Shown here piece by piece: positions 40,162 through 49,782 of a stretch of DNA of 64,000 nt. The notes beneath the pieces were generated by a model. The model ran no database searches. It saw only the letters and a list, made by a program, of their open reading frames with translations, and was not told the origin of the DNA. The stretch covers positions 1-64,000 of the forward strand of contig CAVSOU010000004.1 in assembly GCA_963729625.1 (NCBI GenBank), read 5' to 3'. The number at the start of each line of letters is the position of its first letter. The stretch's first letter is position 1. The position numbers and the translations under genes were made by a program. This stretch comes from an uncultured bacterium (GTDB taxonomy: Bacteria > Chloroflexota > UBA5177 > JANWHV01).

Positions 40162-40578
40162 TCAGGCGGAAGGTTCAGACGGATTTGCGTGCGTCGCCGA
40201 CGAGGATGCGGTGTATTTCTGCGCACTCCCGCGCGCAAGCTTAAGGGGATACTTCGCGCCATTCGCAGCGAGCTTGGCGACAACGGCACAGGCAATGTCG
40301 ACTTCCATGCAATCAGCCATGCTGCTGCAGAGTACCAGTACGTCGGCCAGCTCCCCAACGACGCTCTGCCCAACCAGTCCATCCGCAGTCGCTGCCTCCG
40401 ATTCCTGAGCCGTCACCCACAGCAGCGGTTCCGGCAGCTTGGCGGCCTCGATGAAGATAGCCACGGCCGATTCCTTGGGGCAATGAGACTACCCCCAATC
40501 TCGCTCGCGCGAATGCTCGCACGCGTTCCCTCAGGTCGCCAACAGTCGTCGTCGCATTCTGCATCTGGTTGCACTCAT
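40162..40578 (-). pseudogene. MazG-like nucleotide pyrophosphohydrolase (DCTPP1-like), disrupted
   Basis: TTVGDLRERVRAFA / ERDWG*SHCPK..IEAA..GELADV..KLAANGAKYP..ARGSAQKY. Contains a frameshift and an in-frame TAG. Confidence 0.8.
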
Positions 40579-40587
40579 CTACTCAGC

Positions 40588-43095
40588 TCAACCTCGATCG
40601 TGCACAGTATCAGCAGCCTGTCGGAGACACGCGGCGACACGCCGGGCATCGGGTAGCCCAACTTGGGTTCCGGCCTCGCTCCGGATGACGAAACCGTCGG
40701 CTCCCTGATAGCGTATCCGAGCATGGGCCGCCAGGAACCAAGCGCGGCCGGCGGGAGCATCCGGATCGGAGAGTCGCGCAGGCGAGGCTCGGACCTGAAA
40801 CTCCATCCCCGCCGCGCGAAGCTCCTCATACAGCCGCCACTCTTCTTCTGTCTCGAGGAGGAGCTCGCTCAGCGTTGTGGCGCGTTCCAGCGCCAGGACC
40901 GACGACCAACGTGAGCGTGAGAATCGCGCTGCGCGACCTGCGACATCGACATTCACGATCGGCGCCGGCAATGCGGTCGCGTTCTCCAGCCGGTAGACGA
41001 CCTGAAGCTCGTGCGGATCGCGTGCCGGCGGCCAGGGCGTGCGAATGTCGCCGCGCTCCAGCACCTCGATAGCGCGCACCATCGCCACGTGTGTCACGGC
41101 GCCTGGCTCGCGCAGCACCGCCGGCGAGTACACAGCGAGCCGCCGCACCGCAAATTGCCGGCTCTGATACCTGGTCAACCGGGCGTAGTAGGTCTGTGCC
41201 GAGACGATCCAAGCCAGATGCTCGCGTTCGAAGCCACCTCTCAAGACACCCACAAGGACCGGCTCCGCCGCATTCCGGCGCCAAGCTACGGCCGCGTCGC
41301 CTGCCTGGCTCGAGATCGCCCGGTCCGCCAGATGCCAGCCACCCTGATGCAGCGCGCTCCGGAGCCACTCGGTGAGATACTCGGTGCTGTCCGGAAGCAA
41401 TGGGATGGCACCAACACCCAGCCGTTGCAGCCCCTTCCACAGCCGTCCCTTGGCGAACGCGCCCGGCTGCTGCTCACGGTATGGAAACGCCGCGGCTGCT
41501 TGCAGCACCACGCGCTTGGGCAAGTTCGACACCTCTGCCTGCGACTCCTGTTCGAGAATGGCGTCGCGATAACGATGCAAGGAGTTGATAGCATCTTGCG
41601 GTGGTCCAGGACTGTCAAACTGGTCCACGTACTCTGGAGAGGCATCGACCCGGTACTTCGCGTCGAGGATGAGCTGCATGGCTGGCCATGCTGCCCGATG
41701 CAGCGTGATCAGGATGTCGGGTTTCTGCGCGCCGAGGAACAGATCCCCACGGAATTCCCTGTTGTATGTCACAGACGCGATACGCCCCTGCGCATCACGG
41801 AACCGCGCCGTCTGCTCCTTGCCCTTCTTGAGGAGGACATGCAAGCTATCGCGCTCCAGAGTGATGAGGTCTTTGGCGGGAAGAGCGTTGCCGGTCTCCT
41901 CCGCCACTAGCTGCACGGTCTTGAGATAGCACCAGTACTCATACAGGACGTTCAGGTCCTTGAGCGAGACCTCCACTGGTGCACCGCTCAGAACAAGACC
42001 GAGCGAAAGCAGCAAGCAGGCACGATAGGCCTCACGATACCCAGGCTGTGTTAGAAGCTGGAGCGAAGCGAATCCGGACGGGGGCAGTCCAGAAGCTTCG
42101 CCCAGGGGGCTCAGGCGCCCCAAGCGAGAGACACGACGCTCGAGGGCCTCGATCTCCAGCACAATGCGGTCGCGGCGTGCGCTCTGCTCTCGTTCCTGTT
42201 CAGAGTGAAGCAGCGACGCTAGGCGTCTTCTGATACCGGCCAATTGCGTCGCCAGCCAGCGGTGCTCCGGTGTGTCGAGGGTCGGGCGGGCTCGGCGTTC
42301 CTGCAGTCGCTGGTGCACCGGGATGCCGCTCTGCGTAGTCACGCGCGGACCGCTTCCCGCTCCTCGTGCGATGGCACGTCGCAGGGCGGCGTCCGTGCGG
42401 CGGATATGATCGGATCGCACGTCGAAAGGCGCACGCGTGAGCGCCCACTGTGGCTGCTGCGCGACTCGCTCCAGCGCCTGTTCGAGGTCGCCAATCACAT
42501 GCCGTAGCAGCGTGAGCCACTCGATGATTGTGGCCTTTCCCGTCGGCATCGCGCTGCCCAGTCGGTAGGTGCTGCGCAGATACTCCCACACCATGCCAGC
42601 CAGGATCTCGCGCACATCGGCCAGCAGACGATCATAGTCTGCCTTATAGTCGAGCTTGGAGGGAAAGACCTCGATCTCGAACGTGAGCTCTGGCCGGCCG
42701 CTTACGTCGACTCGGAACGTGCTGCGCCCGACTTGGGCGCCGAAATTGACTGTCCCATGCAGCACACAACCGGACTTGAGTGCGTGGAGGTCACGCAAGG
42801 CCTGGGGATCCCGGTGTAACAGCGACGCGGCATCACCGGTGAGACTCTCCAGGTAGACCGTATAGTCTGTCTGTTCGAAGAGCACCGGGCCGTCCTCGAG
42901 ATCGAGCCGCGTCGCGGCAACTCCTGGTACAACTGCTCGCCAGCATTCGGGACCGAAGGCCAGGCCGGGCCGTAGCGGTCGTATGGCCAGCCGCCCCTGC
43001 ACCGGCATGGTCGTGGAAAGCGGTGACGGTTCCTTGCTGGCCGCACCCCACACCAGGAGCATGCGATCGGTCTGAATGCGAAAGAGGTCGCTCAC
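40588..43095 (-). CDS. DUF2357 / PD-(D/E)xK nuclease (McrC-like partner) with a C-terminal extension
   Basis: EVFPSKLDYKADY, TLDTPEHRW, LYEYWCY, QKPDI..LILDAKYR, DAINSLHRYRDAI, VGAIPLLP. Lies directly downstream of the McrB-like gene. Confidence 0.88.
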   Translation of the reverse strand: MSDLFRIQTDRMLLVWGAASKEPSPLSTTMPVQGRLAIRPLRPGLAFGPECWRAVVPGVAATRLDLEDGPVLFEQTDYTVYLESLTGDAASLLHRDPQALRDLHALKSGCVLHGTVNFGAQVGRSTFRVDVSGRPELTFEIEVFPSKLDYKADYDRLLADVREILAGMVWEYLRSTYRLGSAMPTGKATIIEWLTLLRHVIGDLEQALERVAQQPQWALTRAPFDVRSDHIRRTDAALRRAIARGAGSGPRVTTQSGIPVHQRLQERRARPTLDTPEHRWLATQLAGIRRRLASLLHSEQEREQSARRDRIVLEIEALERRVSRLGRLSPLGEASGLPPSGFASLQLLTQPGYREAYRACLLLSLGLVLSGAPVEVSLKDLNVLYEYWCYLKTVQLVAEETGNALPAKDLITLERDSLHVLLKKGKEQTARFRDAQGRIASVTYNREFRGDLFLGAQKPDILITLHRAAWPAMQLILDAKYRVDASPEYVDQFDSPGPPQDAINSLHRYRDAILEQESQAEVSNLPKRVVLQAAAAFPYREQQPGAFAKGRLWKGLQRLGVGAIPLLPDSTEYLTEWLRSALHQGGWHLADRAISSQAGDAAVAWRRNAAEPVLVGVLRGGFEREHLAWIVSAQTYYARLTRYQSRQFAVRRLAVYSPAVLREPGAVTHVAMVRAIEVLERGDIRTPWPPARDPHELQVVYRLENATALPAPIVNVDVAGRAARFSRSRWSSVLALERATTLSELLLETEEEWRLYEELRAAGMEFQVRASPARLSDPDAPAGRAWFLAAHARIRYQGADGFVIRSEAGTQVGLPDARRVAACLRQAADTVHDRG

Positions 43096-43104
43096 AGAGG
43101 CACT

Positions 43105-45075
43105 CTAGAGCCAGTACGACGTGAAGCCCTCGAGGGAGAACCTGTCCCACATCAGGCACAGGCGTGCCACGGTGAAAGGATAGAGCGCACTCGCGAGCGC
43201 CGCCGGGCGACCGGCGTCTTCCCAGAGCTTGAGCACGTCGTCAGCGTTGTCCAGCTCATCGCGAGGTTTGCCGTCGAAGGACCATCCGAGCAGCTGCAAC
43301 AGCGCGCGCTTGAGTGCGCCACTGCCTCCGACCAGGCGGGGCAAGACTTTCATATTCAGCGCGAGGTCGACCGGATCCACGTGCACTCCCGCTCGTGTCA
43401 CAAACGCGTCGGCAATCTCGTGGGCGTGCACGACGTAAAGAGCGACCTCGTCGCGCGTGCGATACCCCACCTGCAGCTGTGCCTGTGTCAGGTATCTGTT
43501 GACCACGGTGAGCACATTGATGACCTCCTGGACCATCGAACGCTCCGCCTCGTTCAAGTCCTGGAGGTTGGCGAGCCTGATAGCCCGTGGTCGCCAAGCG
43601 CTGGCCGGCCACGGTGCAAGCTCATGCAATTCAGCTCCCGGTAGCTCTAAGGCACCCCACTGCGCAAGATCAATGTCCGAAAGCTCGAAAGTGAATGCAC
43701 GATCGAGGACCTTCCGGCTGAATCCGTGCGTGCTCTCGTCCATATTGACGGTGCCTACCAAGGCAAGGTTGGGCGGAAGGCCAATCGATGCATACTCCTT
43801 GGCCTGTGCCGCCAAAGTCTCCTCGAGCAGCGACGAACTGGCATAGCCGCCGGAGGGATGCGGTGATCGGTCCTCGATCTTGCTCAGCACCTCGGCAAAG
43901 TACTGCTCAACCCGCGCCAGGTTCATCTCATCAAGAATGCAGACGAAGTGGCAGTCCGGGTGCTGCGTGGCTTCCTTCGCGAACTCAAGCACCATACCAG
44001 GTCTGAAGCTGTTGTTGAGATCCGTGTAGCCCAACACATCGGCGCTGTCCGTCCAGTCCGGCCGAACCGGGACCAGCTTGTGCCGCCCACCTGTGGCCTC
44101 GGCCACCAGCTTTGGAAGCTTCGATTTACCGGTACCCGTGATGCCGGCCAGCAACACAAACGGCTTGGTGCGTAACGCAGTGACGTACGAAGCTATTTGC
44201 CACGGCTCGAAGACAAAGCCGCGATGGCGGATAGCGTCTATCAGCGTTCGAGTTGCCGAAAGGCGCTCAAATCCGGGCGCCGGCGGGATGCTGATATGGC
44301 TATTCGTCACGTCGGGGTCATTGGGCGCCGCAGCGTAGTCGGGAAGCCGATCCCGGAATCGGTTGGCGATGGACTGCACGAATGGGAGGGCGACCGGAAA
44401 CAGATACCCCTGCTTCACGCCACCCTGGCTATCGAAGGGGCCTGCATCAGCGCCGCGCCACTCGGTCGGGAGGTCCGTCAGCAGTATAGGTTGGTTGAGC
44501 TGATGATACGTGGTTCGGACCAGATTGCCCTCCTGCTCCCATGAGTCACTCGGCAACGCCTCCGGCCGCGACGCGGGCTCCGGAGCACCGGCCGCAAGGC
44601 TCACCGCCTTGATGCTGCCATTTGCGTAGTGAAAGATCACATCACCAGGCTTGACCAGCGTGACGTTGAGGTGGTGCTGCACCGAGCGACCGGACTTCGT
44701 CCGGGCCGGTGCCCAGAGATACCCGCCCGTCATTTCCTGATGATATGTCGAGCCTTGGTTCACCCACCACCATCGGTGGGTTGTGCTTGCATCGGCCTCA
44801 GAATCGACACCGACGTCCGATCTCAAAGCCACAATCCTAAAGCCGCGCTGGGCAAGATAGCGATTTGCCTGCTCACCACCGGAGAAGTCAGCAGCGCCGG
44901 TAGCGGTACGAATGATCTGTTTAGGCGGGTAGAGCTTGCCATTGTACTCGATGGCATACTTCTGAGATTCCTTCTTCTCCCAGTCCGCCCACTCCGGGAG
45001 TCCCCGAAGCTCACTATCAAAGCGCGCAATTGCCTGAGTCAAGACCTCTCTCCCTACAGGAGGAATTGCTGCCAC
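43105..45075 (-). CDS. mcrB: McrB-family AAA+ GTPase with two N-terminal putative DNA-reader domains
   Basis: Walker A GITGTGKS, VPVRPDW, Walker B LDEMNLARVEQYF, McrB signature GTVNMDEST..FSRKVLDRA. Confidence 0.9.
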   Translation of the reverse strand: MAAIPPVGREVLTQAIARFDSELRGLPEWADWEKKESQKYAIEYNGKLYPPKQIIRTATGAADFSGGEQANRYLAQRGFRIVALRSDVGVDSEADASTTHRWWWVNQGSTYHQEMTGGYLWAPARTKSGRSVQHHLNVTLVKPGDVIFHYANGSIKAVSLAAGAPEPASRPEALPSDSWEQEGNLVRTTYHQLNQPILLTDLPTEWRGADAGPFDSQGGVKQGYLFPVALPFVQSIANRFRDRLPDYAAAPNDPDVTNSHISIPPAPGFERLSATRTLIDAIRHRGFVFEPWQIASYVTALRTKPFVLLAGITGTGKSKLPKLVAEATGGRHKLVPVRPDWTDSADVLGYTDLNNSFRPGMVLEFAKEATQHPDCHFVCILDEMNLARVEQYFAEVLSKIEDRSPHPSGGYASSSLLEETLAAQAKEYASIGLPPNLALVGTVNMDESTHGFSRKVLDRAFTFELSDIDLAQWGALELPGAELHELAPWPASAWRPRAIRLANLQDLNEAERSMVQEVINVLTVVNRYLTQAQLQVGYRTRDEVALYVVHAHEIADAFVTRAGVHVDPVDLALNMKVLPRLVGGSGALKRALLQLLGWSFDGKPRDELDNADDVLKLWEDAGRPAALASALYPFTVARLCLMWDRFSLEGFTSYWL

Positions 45076-45254
45076 AGCATGCTTCCAATCTCTTGTGCGC
45101 TAAGGCATGCGTTCGAACCAGCAAACCTGTGTGTGGCCGACTCTCCGGAAGATCACCAGACGCGAGTATAGCACTGAATCGGCCCACAACCGTGCCTATC
45201 TGCTCGAAGATGGCGCGATTCCTATCACTCGGGACACGTGCGCGCCGTCAGGCA

Positions 45255-45389
45255 CTATTCCTTGGCCCTCACGCATTGGTGGAGCGCCTCGTTGTTGATG
45301 CCGAAGCTTCGCGCCACATGAGCTTTCTGCTCACCGGCGGCGATGGCCCGACGCAGGGCCTCAGCATCGCCGGCTGAGAGCGACTTCTT
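45255..45389 (-). pseudogene. C-terminal HTH of a small serine resolvase/invertase
   Basis: KKSLSAGDAEALRRAIAAGEQKAHVARSFGINNEALHQCVR* fits the Hin/Tn3-resolvase HTH pattern. The catalytic domain is missing. Confidence 0.7.
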
Positions 45390-45598
45390 TGCACACTGGC
45401 GGGACCGATCTCAAAGTGATCAGCGAAATGATGCGACACAGCACTGTGGGCATCACCGGCGACATCTACGTCCACCGTGACATCGCATTGCAGCGTAAGG
45501 CAGTTGAGCGGCTTGCCGCCTCACTGCGCCCACCACGGCAGAGGAAGGCACGTGCTAAAAAACGTGCTAAAAACGGCGAGAACCCCCAGTCAAACTGA
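45389..45598 (+). pseudogene. C-terminal fragment of a tyrosine integrase
   Basis: GTDLKVISEMMRHSTVGITGDIYVH matches box II (LGH..T..Y) including the catalytic Tyr. Confidence 0.8.
45550..45573. repeat. Tandem 12-bp repeat ACGTGCTAAAAA x2 (integrase arm-like site)
   Basis: Exact tandem copies about 40 bp from the tRNA fragment. Confidence 0.6.
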
Positions 45599-45610
45599 GG
45601 GCCCGCCAGA

Positions 45611-45656
45611 GGAGCGGGTGACCGGGCTCGAACCGGCGACATTCTGCTTGGGAAGC
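45611..45656 (-). mobile_element. 3' half of tRNA-Gly(CCC), an att-site remnant
   Basis: Minus strand GCTTCCCAAGCAGAATGTCGCCGGTTCGAGCCCGGTCACCCGCTCC has the CCC anticodon loop, GGTTCGAG T-loop and 3' acceptor strand. No complementary 5' acceptor strand upstream. Confidence 0.85.
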
Positions 45657-45780
45657 GCGCTCTGCCGTTCAACGGCTAGCACTATTTCGAACAAAGTAGG
45701 AGTGACAAGCACGGACGACAGCGAGTTACTAGAACACATTTGGCCCGTCCAGCCCGCCCGGACCGCCAAGAGCAGGTGCG

Positions 45781-45801
45781 TGGCAGGCATTTGGCAGGCA
45801 T
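45781..45801. repeat. Tandem repeat TGGCAGGCAT x2 (11-bp period, arm-like site)
   Basis: TGGCAGGCATTTGGCAGGCAT about 125 bp on the other side of the tRNA fragment. Confidence 0.5.
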
Positions 45802-45991
45802 GATAAGCGCCAGGTCGGCTCCATGTATCACCGACCTGGTGCCCGGCCAACGCCCCTCGGACTCGCAACATTGGCTCTGACCTTCTGAACCCCCTTGCGT
45901 TCGACCGCCCGGTCGGAGCTGCCATGCGTCTGCGATGCGCGTAATGTCTTGTTGCCTCTCTTCAGGACCGCGGCGATCGAAGCTGCGCACG

Positions 45992-46540
45992 TCACGATCC
46001 TGGCCTTGGCACCGCTTGAATACCCTCCTCGTCCAGCCACTGCAGGATGCGCCTGCGCAAGCACTCGCGTTTGAAGGCGAACCAGCGCTCGCCCTCGTCT
46101 TCGTGCTCGGCCAGCACGTCCCGGAACCGCCTGAAGGCACCTTTTCCGCGGAGGGCATCATTCAATCGGTCTTGGAGCCGTGGGTTCTTGAGCGTGGCGA
46201 TGAAGTCCTCCATGTCGCTGTAGGCGTCGTCCGACTCATCGCGCGGCACGCGGAAGTAGCGGGTCCCGTAGCCAATCTCCACACGGCACGCCACCTGGAG
46301 GGTGCTGGCCATCCATTCCGGCCAGCCATGCTCTTTGCAGACCTTCGGCCAGTCGAGCGCCTCGAAGTCCGTATCTTCCGGCAGTTCCTCAAAGAGCTTC
46401 TCCAGGTAAGAGCGTTCCTCGTCAGTTGTCGCCTCCACCTCACCGGTTTGTAGATCGAGGTAGTAACTGATCTCGTACCCATAGGTCTCGAACGCGATCT
46501 CAAGCTCGAGCAGATCAACAGGTAGCACGCGCTTCAGCAT
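45992..46540 (-). CDS. UPF0158 family protein
   Basis: YYLDLQTGEV, AYSDMEDFI, L.DALRGKGAFRRFRDVL, ERWFAFK..I.QWLDEEGI. Confidence 0.88.
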   Translation of the reverse strand: MLKRVLPVDLLELEIAFETYGYEISYYLDLQTGEVEATTDEERSYLEKLFEELPEDTDFEALDWPKVCKEHGWPEWMASTLQVACRVEIGYGTRYFRVPRDESDDAYSDMEDFIATLKNPRLQDRLNDALRGKGAFRRFRDVLAEHEDEGERWFAFKRECLRRRILQWLDEEGIQAVPRPGS

Positions 46541-47068
46541 CGGCGGATGTCCCTGGGTGCACCTCGTTAGGCTCTTGTACAGCTGACTGATCGGCAGCCC
46601 GGGCGGCCAGACTCAAGAACCATGGCCTCTAGAGTACGACGCTTCATCTGCTTTAATCATACGCCCAGCCCCCACGGACCGGTCGAGAAACGCATCGATA
46701 GACAGGTGCGCGCAGGCGCAGGCCGGGCGTTGATGGTAGCCCAGCGCTGCGAGTAACCGTCGATTCGACACTTGCGCGATGGGCGCAAGTGTCGAACGCT
46801 CATTAGCTTCCTGGGTGAGCTGCGCGATCGTCGCTTCCTTCACCCCGTGCTACATGAAGACGGCTCGTCCGGCTGCAAGCAGCCCCTGCGGGATCTCTTG
46901 CTGTCGCCGTGCCCGCCGCGCGGGCAATAGAGTCGGCACATATTCCGCGCGAGAGAGTAGGCGGGCCGCGGGCCGGCGCGATCACGTGCATGATTGGAGT
47001 GGCGGGCCGCACGGAGGACCCGCGGGCGGACCGGATGGCGCGATCAGCTATGGAAGCGGAGATGCACG

Positions 47069-47923
47069 ATGGCGAACGATAGGCAGACCAGCCCACAGCC
47101 CGGCAACTCTCAGGGCGCACGCGCCACCGGCTCGGGAGCGGTGCCGGGGACACGATTGCCGGTCGTCGAGGCCGATGTCGAGATTCAGACGCCCGACGGC
47201 CTGTGCGACGCCGCCTTCCTCTACCCCACGACCGGCACGCACCCCGGCGTCCTGGTCTGGGCGGATGCATTCGGCCTCCGTCCGGCCCTGCGCGACCTGG
47301 GCACACGGCTTGCCGCGGAAGGCTACGCCGTGCTGGTGCCGAATCCGTTCTATCGGTCGGCGAAGCCGCCCGTGCTGGAGGGTCCGTTCAGCTTTCAGAA
47401 TCCTGCCGATCGCGCGAAGCTGCAACAGCTTGTCCCGCCGCTGCACGCGCCCGGTGCTGTGGCGCGGGATGCCGTCGCCTACGTCGCCTTCCTGGATGCT
47501 CAACCGCAAGTTGACAAGGCGAGGCCGGTGGGCACCCAGGGGTACTGCATGGGCGGCGCGTTGGCGCTCAGGACCGCGGCGGCAGTGCCGGGGCGGGTGG
47601 GGGCCGGTGCGTCATTCCACGGTGGTGGCCTGGTGACTGATGCGCCTGACAGTCCCCATCTGCTTGCCGCCGGCATCAAAGCGCGCCTGTACGTTGCCGT
47701 CGCCTCCAACGACGACGCGCGGCAGCCCGAGGCGAAAGATACGCTGCGCGAGGCATTCGCGGCCGCGAGCGTGCCTGCTGAGGTCGAGGTGTATGCGGGA
47801 ACGCTCCATGGCTGGTGCATCCCGGATATGCCGGTCGAAAACGGCGTGCAGATCTACGACGAGCCGGCTGCCGAGCGGGCCTGGGGCAAGCTCCTGGCGC
47901 TGTACCGGCAGGCGCTCGCCTGA
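47069..47923 (+). CDS. Dienelactone hydrolase family protein
   Basis: DAFGLRP, GYAVLVPNPFYR, GYCMGG nucleophile, SFHGG, HGW. Confidence 0.93.
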   Translation: MANDRQTSPQPGNSQGARATGSGAVPGTRLPVVEADVEIQTPDGLCDAAFLYPTTGTHPGVLVWADAFGLRPALRDLGTRLAAEGYAVLVPNPFYRSAKPPVLEGPFSFQNPADRAKLQQLVPPLHAPGAVARDAVAYVAFLDAQPQVDKARPVGTQGYCMGGALALRTAAAVPGRVGAGASFHGGGLVTDAPDSPHLLAAGIKARLYVAVASNDDARQPEAKDTLREAFAAASVPAEVEVYAGTLHGWCIPDMPVENGVQIYDEPAAERAWGKLLALYRQALA

Positions 47924-48197
47924 GCCGTCTTTCCGCATAAGGACGTTCATCTCAGGCAAGTCCACGATGGCCTAGCTGCATCAGGAGCGCCATCACGGCG
48001 GATAAAGCTCGTCTGCGCCGCGCCGCCGCCGATGAGTCCGTCGGCGGGCCAACGGCCACGTAGCAGCTGTTCATCGGCCTGCTGGCGGACTTGACGGCGA
48101 GGAGGCGTCCGTCGCGCAGGTGGTGAGATGCGGCGATCAAGGGAAGCTCCGGCTGGACCAGTATGGCCTGAATTGAGGTCGGAGCTAACAACTGACC

Positions 48198-48995
48198 TCA
48201 GTCGCTGATGGCGATTGACGCTACCGTGCTGTCGAGCAGGGCAAATCCCGGCGTGCTGGCCTGCGCGGCGGCGGGCGTATCCAGACGCGCCGCCAGGGTG
48301 GCGATGTACCGCGCGTAGCCCTTCGCGAACGCGTTGTAGTCGAAGTTGCCGGGGATGCTGCCGGGCAACAGGCTGAGGTGCACGGGGAAGATGGCCGCCA
48401 CATAGTACTGCGCGTCCGCCGTCAGCCCTTGGCAGGTGTAGATGAGGCGATTCGCGGTCACGGGGGAGACATCCGAGGCGTAGTACGCCAGGTAGCACAG
48501 GGCCTGTCCGCCCTTGAACGAGAGGTACGTCCCCTCCGCGTGGAAGATCTGCCCCGCCGGCTGCGGGGGCAGCAGCGGCAGCACCGTGACCTTCTTGAGG
48601 TTGGGATGCGCGTGGAGGATGGCGAGCAGGCGACGCTCGACCTGCTCCCACTGGTACTCGCCGAACGAGGCGGTGCTGTACACGGCGATCGTGGGCACGG
48701 CGACGGTGCCCGTGGGCAGCACATGGGGATAGTAGTGCGAGAAGCGGAACTCCAGGTGTGCCGGCGCCATGCCTGCCGGCATAATGTTGGGCTGGTAGGG
48801 CACCTTGGCAACGTCGACCGCTCGCACTTGCGTGCCTGCCAGCGCATTCACGAGGCTGACGTTCCCATGGCTGACCCGCGCGGGCGCCGACGAGACCAAC
48901 GCGTGTGGCCGCGCAGCGGGCAGCCCATATGGACCCAGAGTGGACAAGAACGCGACGCCAGATGCCACCACAGCGGTCAGCACTGAACGCTTCAT
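48198..48995 (-). CDS. Secreted hypothetical protein
   Basis: Signal peptide MKRSVLTAVVASGVAFL with AAGGGGG RBS. Motifs LPLLPP..AGQIFHA, YTCQGLTADAQYYVAAIFPV. Coding-like codon bias. Confidence 0.8.
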   Translation of the reverse strand: MKRSVLTAVVASGVAFLSTLGPYGLPAARPHALVSSAPARVSHGNVSLVNALAGTQVRAVDVAKVPYQPNIMPAGMAPAHLEFRFSHYYPHVLPTGTVAVPTIAVYSTASFGEYQWEQVERRLLAILHAHPNLKKVTVLPLLPPQPAGQIFHAEGTYLSFKGGQALCYLAYYASDVSPVTANRLIYTCQGLTADAQYYVAAIFPVHLSLLPGSIPGNFDYNAFAKGYARYIATLAARLDTPAAAQASTPGFALLDSTVASIAISD

Positions 48996-49230
48996 TGCAC
49001 CCCCCTTCCCCCGCGCTACTCGACGATGTCGCTTGTGCGAGTATACATCAGCGCCTCGCCCGCCGAGCGGCCGTGCTCTCCGGCTGGATCTGGCGCTGGC
49101 TGCGCTGGCGATACGCTGGTCGCCGGTTCGGGCTCGGCCGCGGATAGCCGACGCGAAGCAGGGCAGCGACCCGCCATGGTGAGGGGCCATGACCGGCTCC
49201 GGTCTCCGTGCAGCCCGTGCCCGTGTCGGC

Positions 49231-49710
49231 TCACTCCGTTGGCGCGAGAGGGTACGGGTGCACCGCCGCCGAGAGCACCTCCTCCGCCCGCCGGTCCGCC
49301 TCCTGCACCATCCCTGCCGGCACCCGGGCCAGCAGCAGCAAGACCACCAGCGACGCCTGGATGGCGGCGACGCTGCCGGGATCGCCGTGCGCCCGCAACT
49401 GCGCGCGCACCCCGCACAGCGCGGCCCGCCGCTCGATCCGCGTCAGCGGGTCGGCGCCCAAGGCGTCAAGCAGTCGGCGGAACGCCGGGTTGCCATCGGT
49501 CCACCGTTCCCACATCGGCAGCAAGTGCTCCTGGCAGCGCAGAACCGTGACAGGCTCACCGGGACGGTCCTCGCCGTGCGCCGTCGTCGGGTAGAGTGGC
49601 TCACCCCACACTGGCGTATCGCCTCCCACCCTGAGCCTACCACGCTCTTCACATCGGCGCAGCCCGCACCCGAATACCGACTCGGGCGCAGGCCTTGCAT
49701 CCGTGCCCAA
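49231..49710 (-). CDS. Hypothetical protein (start uncertain)
   Basis: The distal half shows coding-like codon usage and helical composition. No family recognised. Confidence 0.35.
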   Translation of the reverse strand: MGTDARPAPESVFGCGLRRCEERGRLRVGGDTPVWGEPLYPTTAHGEDRPGEPVTVLRCQEHLLPMWERWTDGNPAFRRLLDALGADPLTRIERRAALCGVRAQLRAHGDPGSVAAIQASLVVLLLLARVPAGMVQEADRRAEEVLSAAVHPYPLAPTE

Positions 49711-49782
49711 GCGCGCGCAGCATGCCCGTCATCGGCCTCCGGCTGACGACCACCACGGCGAAGCAAAGCGCCGCTAGAACCG

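Noticed and set aside
45611-45690. Complete tRNA-Gly gene
   Set aside because: The upstream sequence has a vaguely D-arm-like TAGCCGTTGAACGGCAGAGC, but there is no 5' acceptor strand (GCGGGTG) and the anticodon stem does not pair. Treated as an att remnant.
46613-46860. Short minus-strand ORF (EATIAQLTQEANERSTLAPIAQVSN)
   Set aside because: Looks like a gene fragment, but no family can be assigned and there is no clear start.
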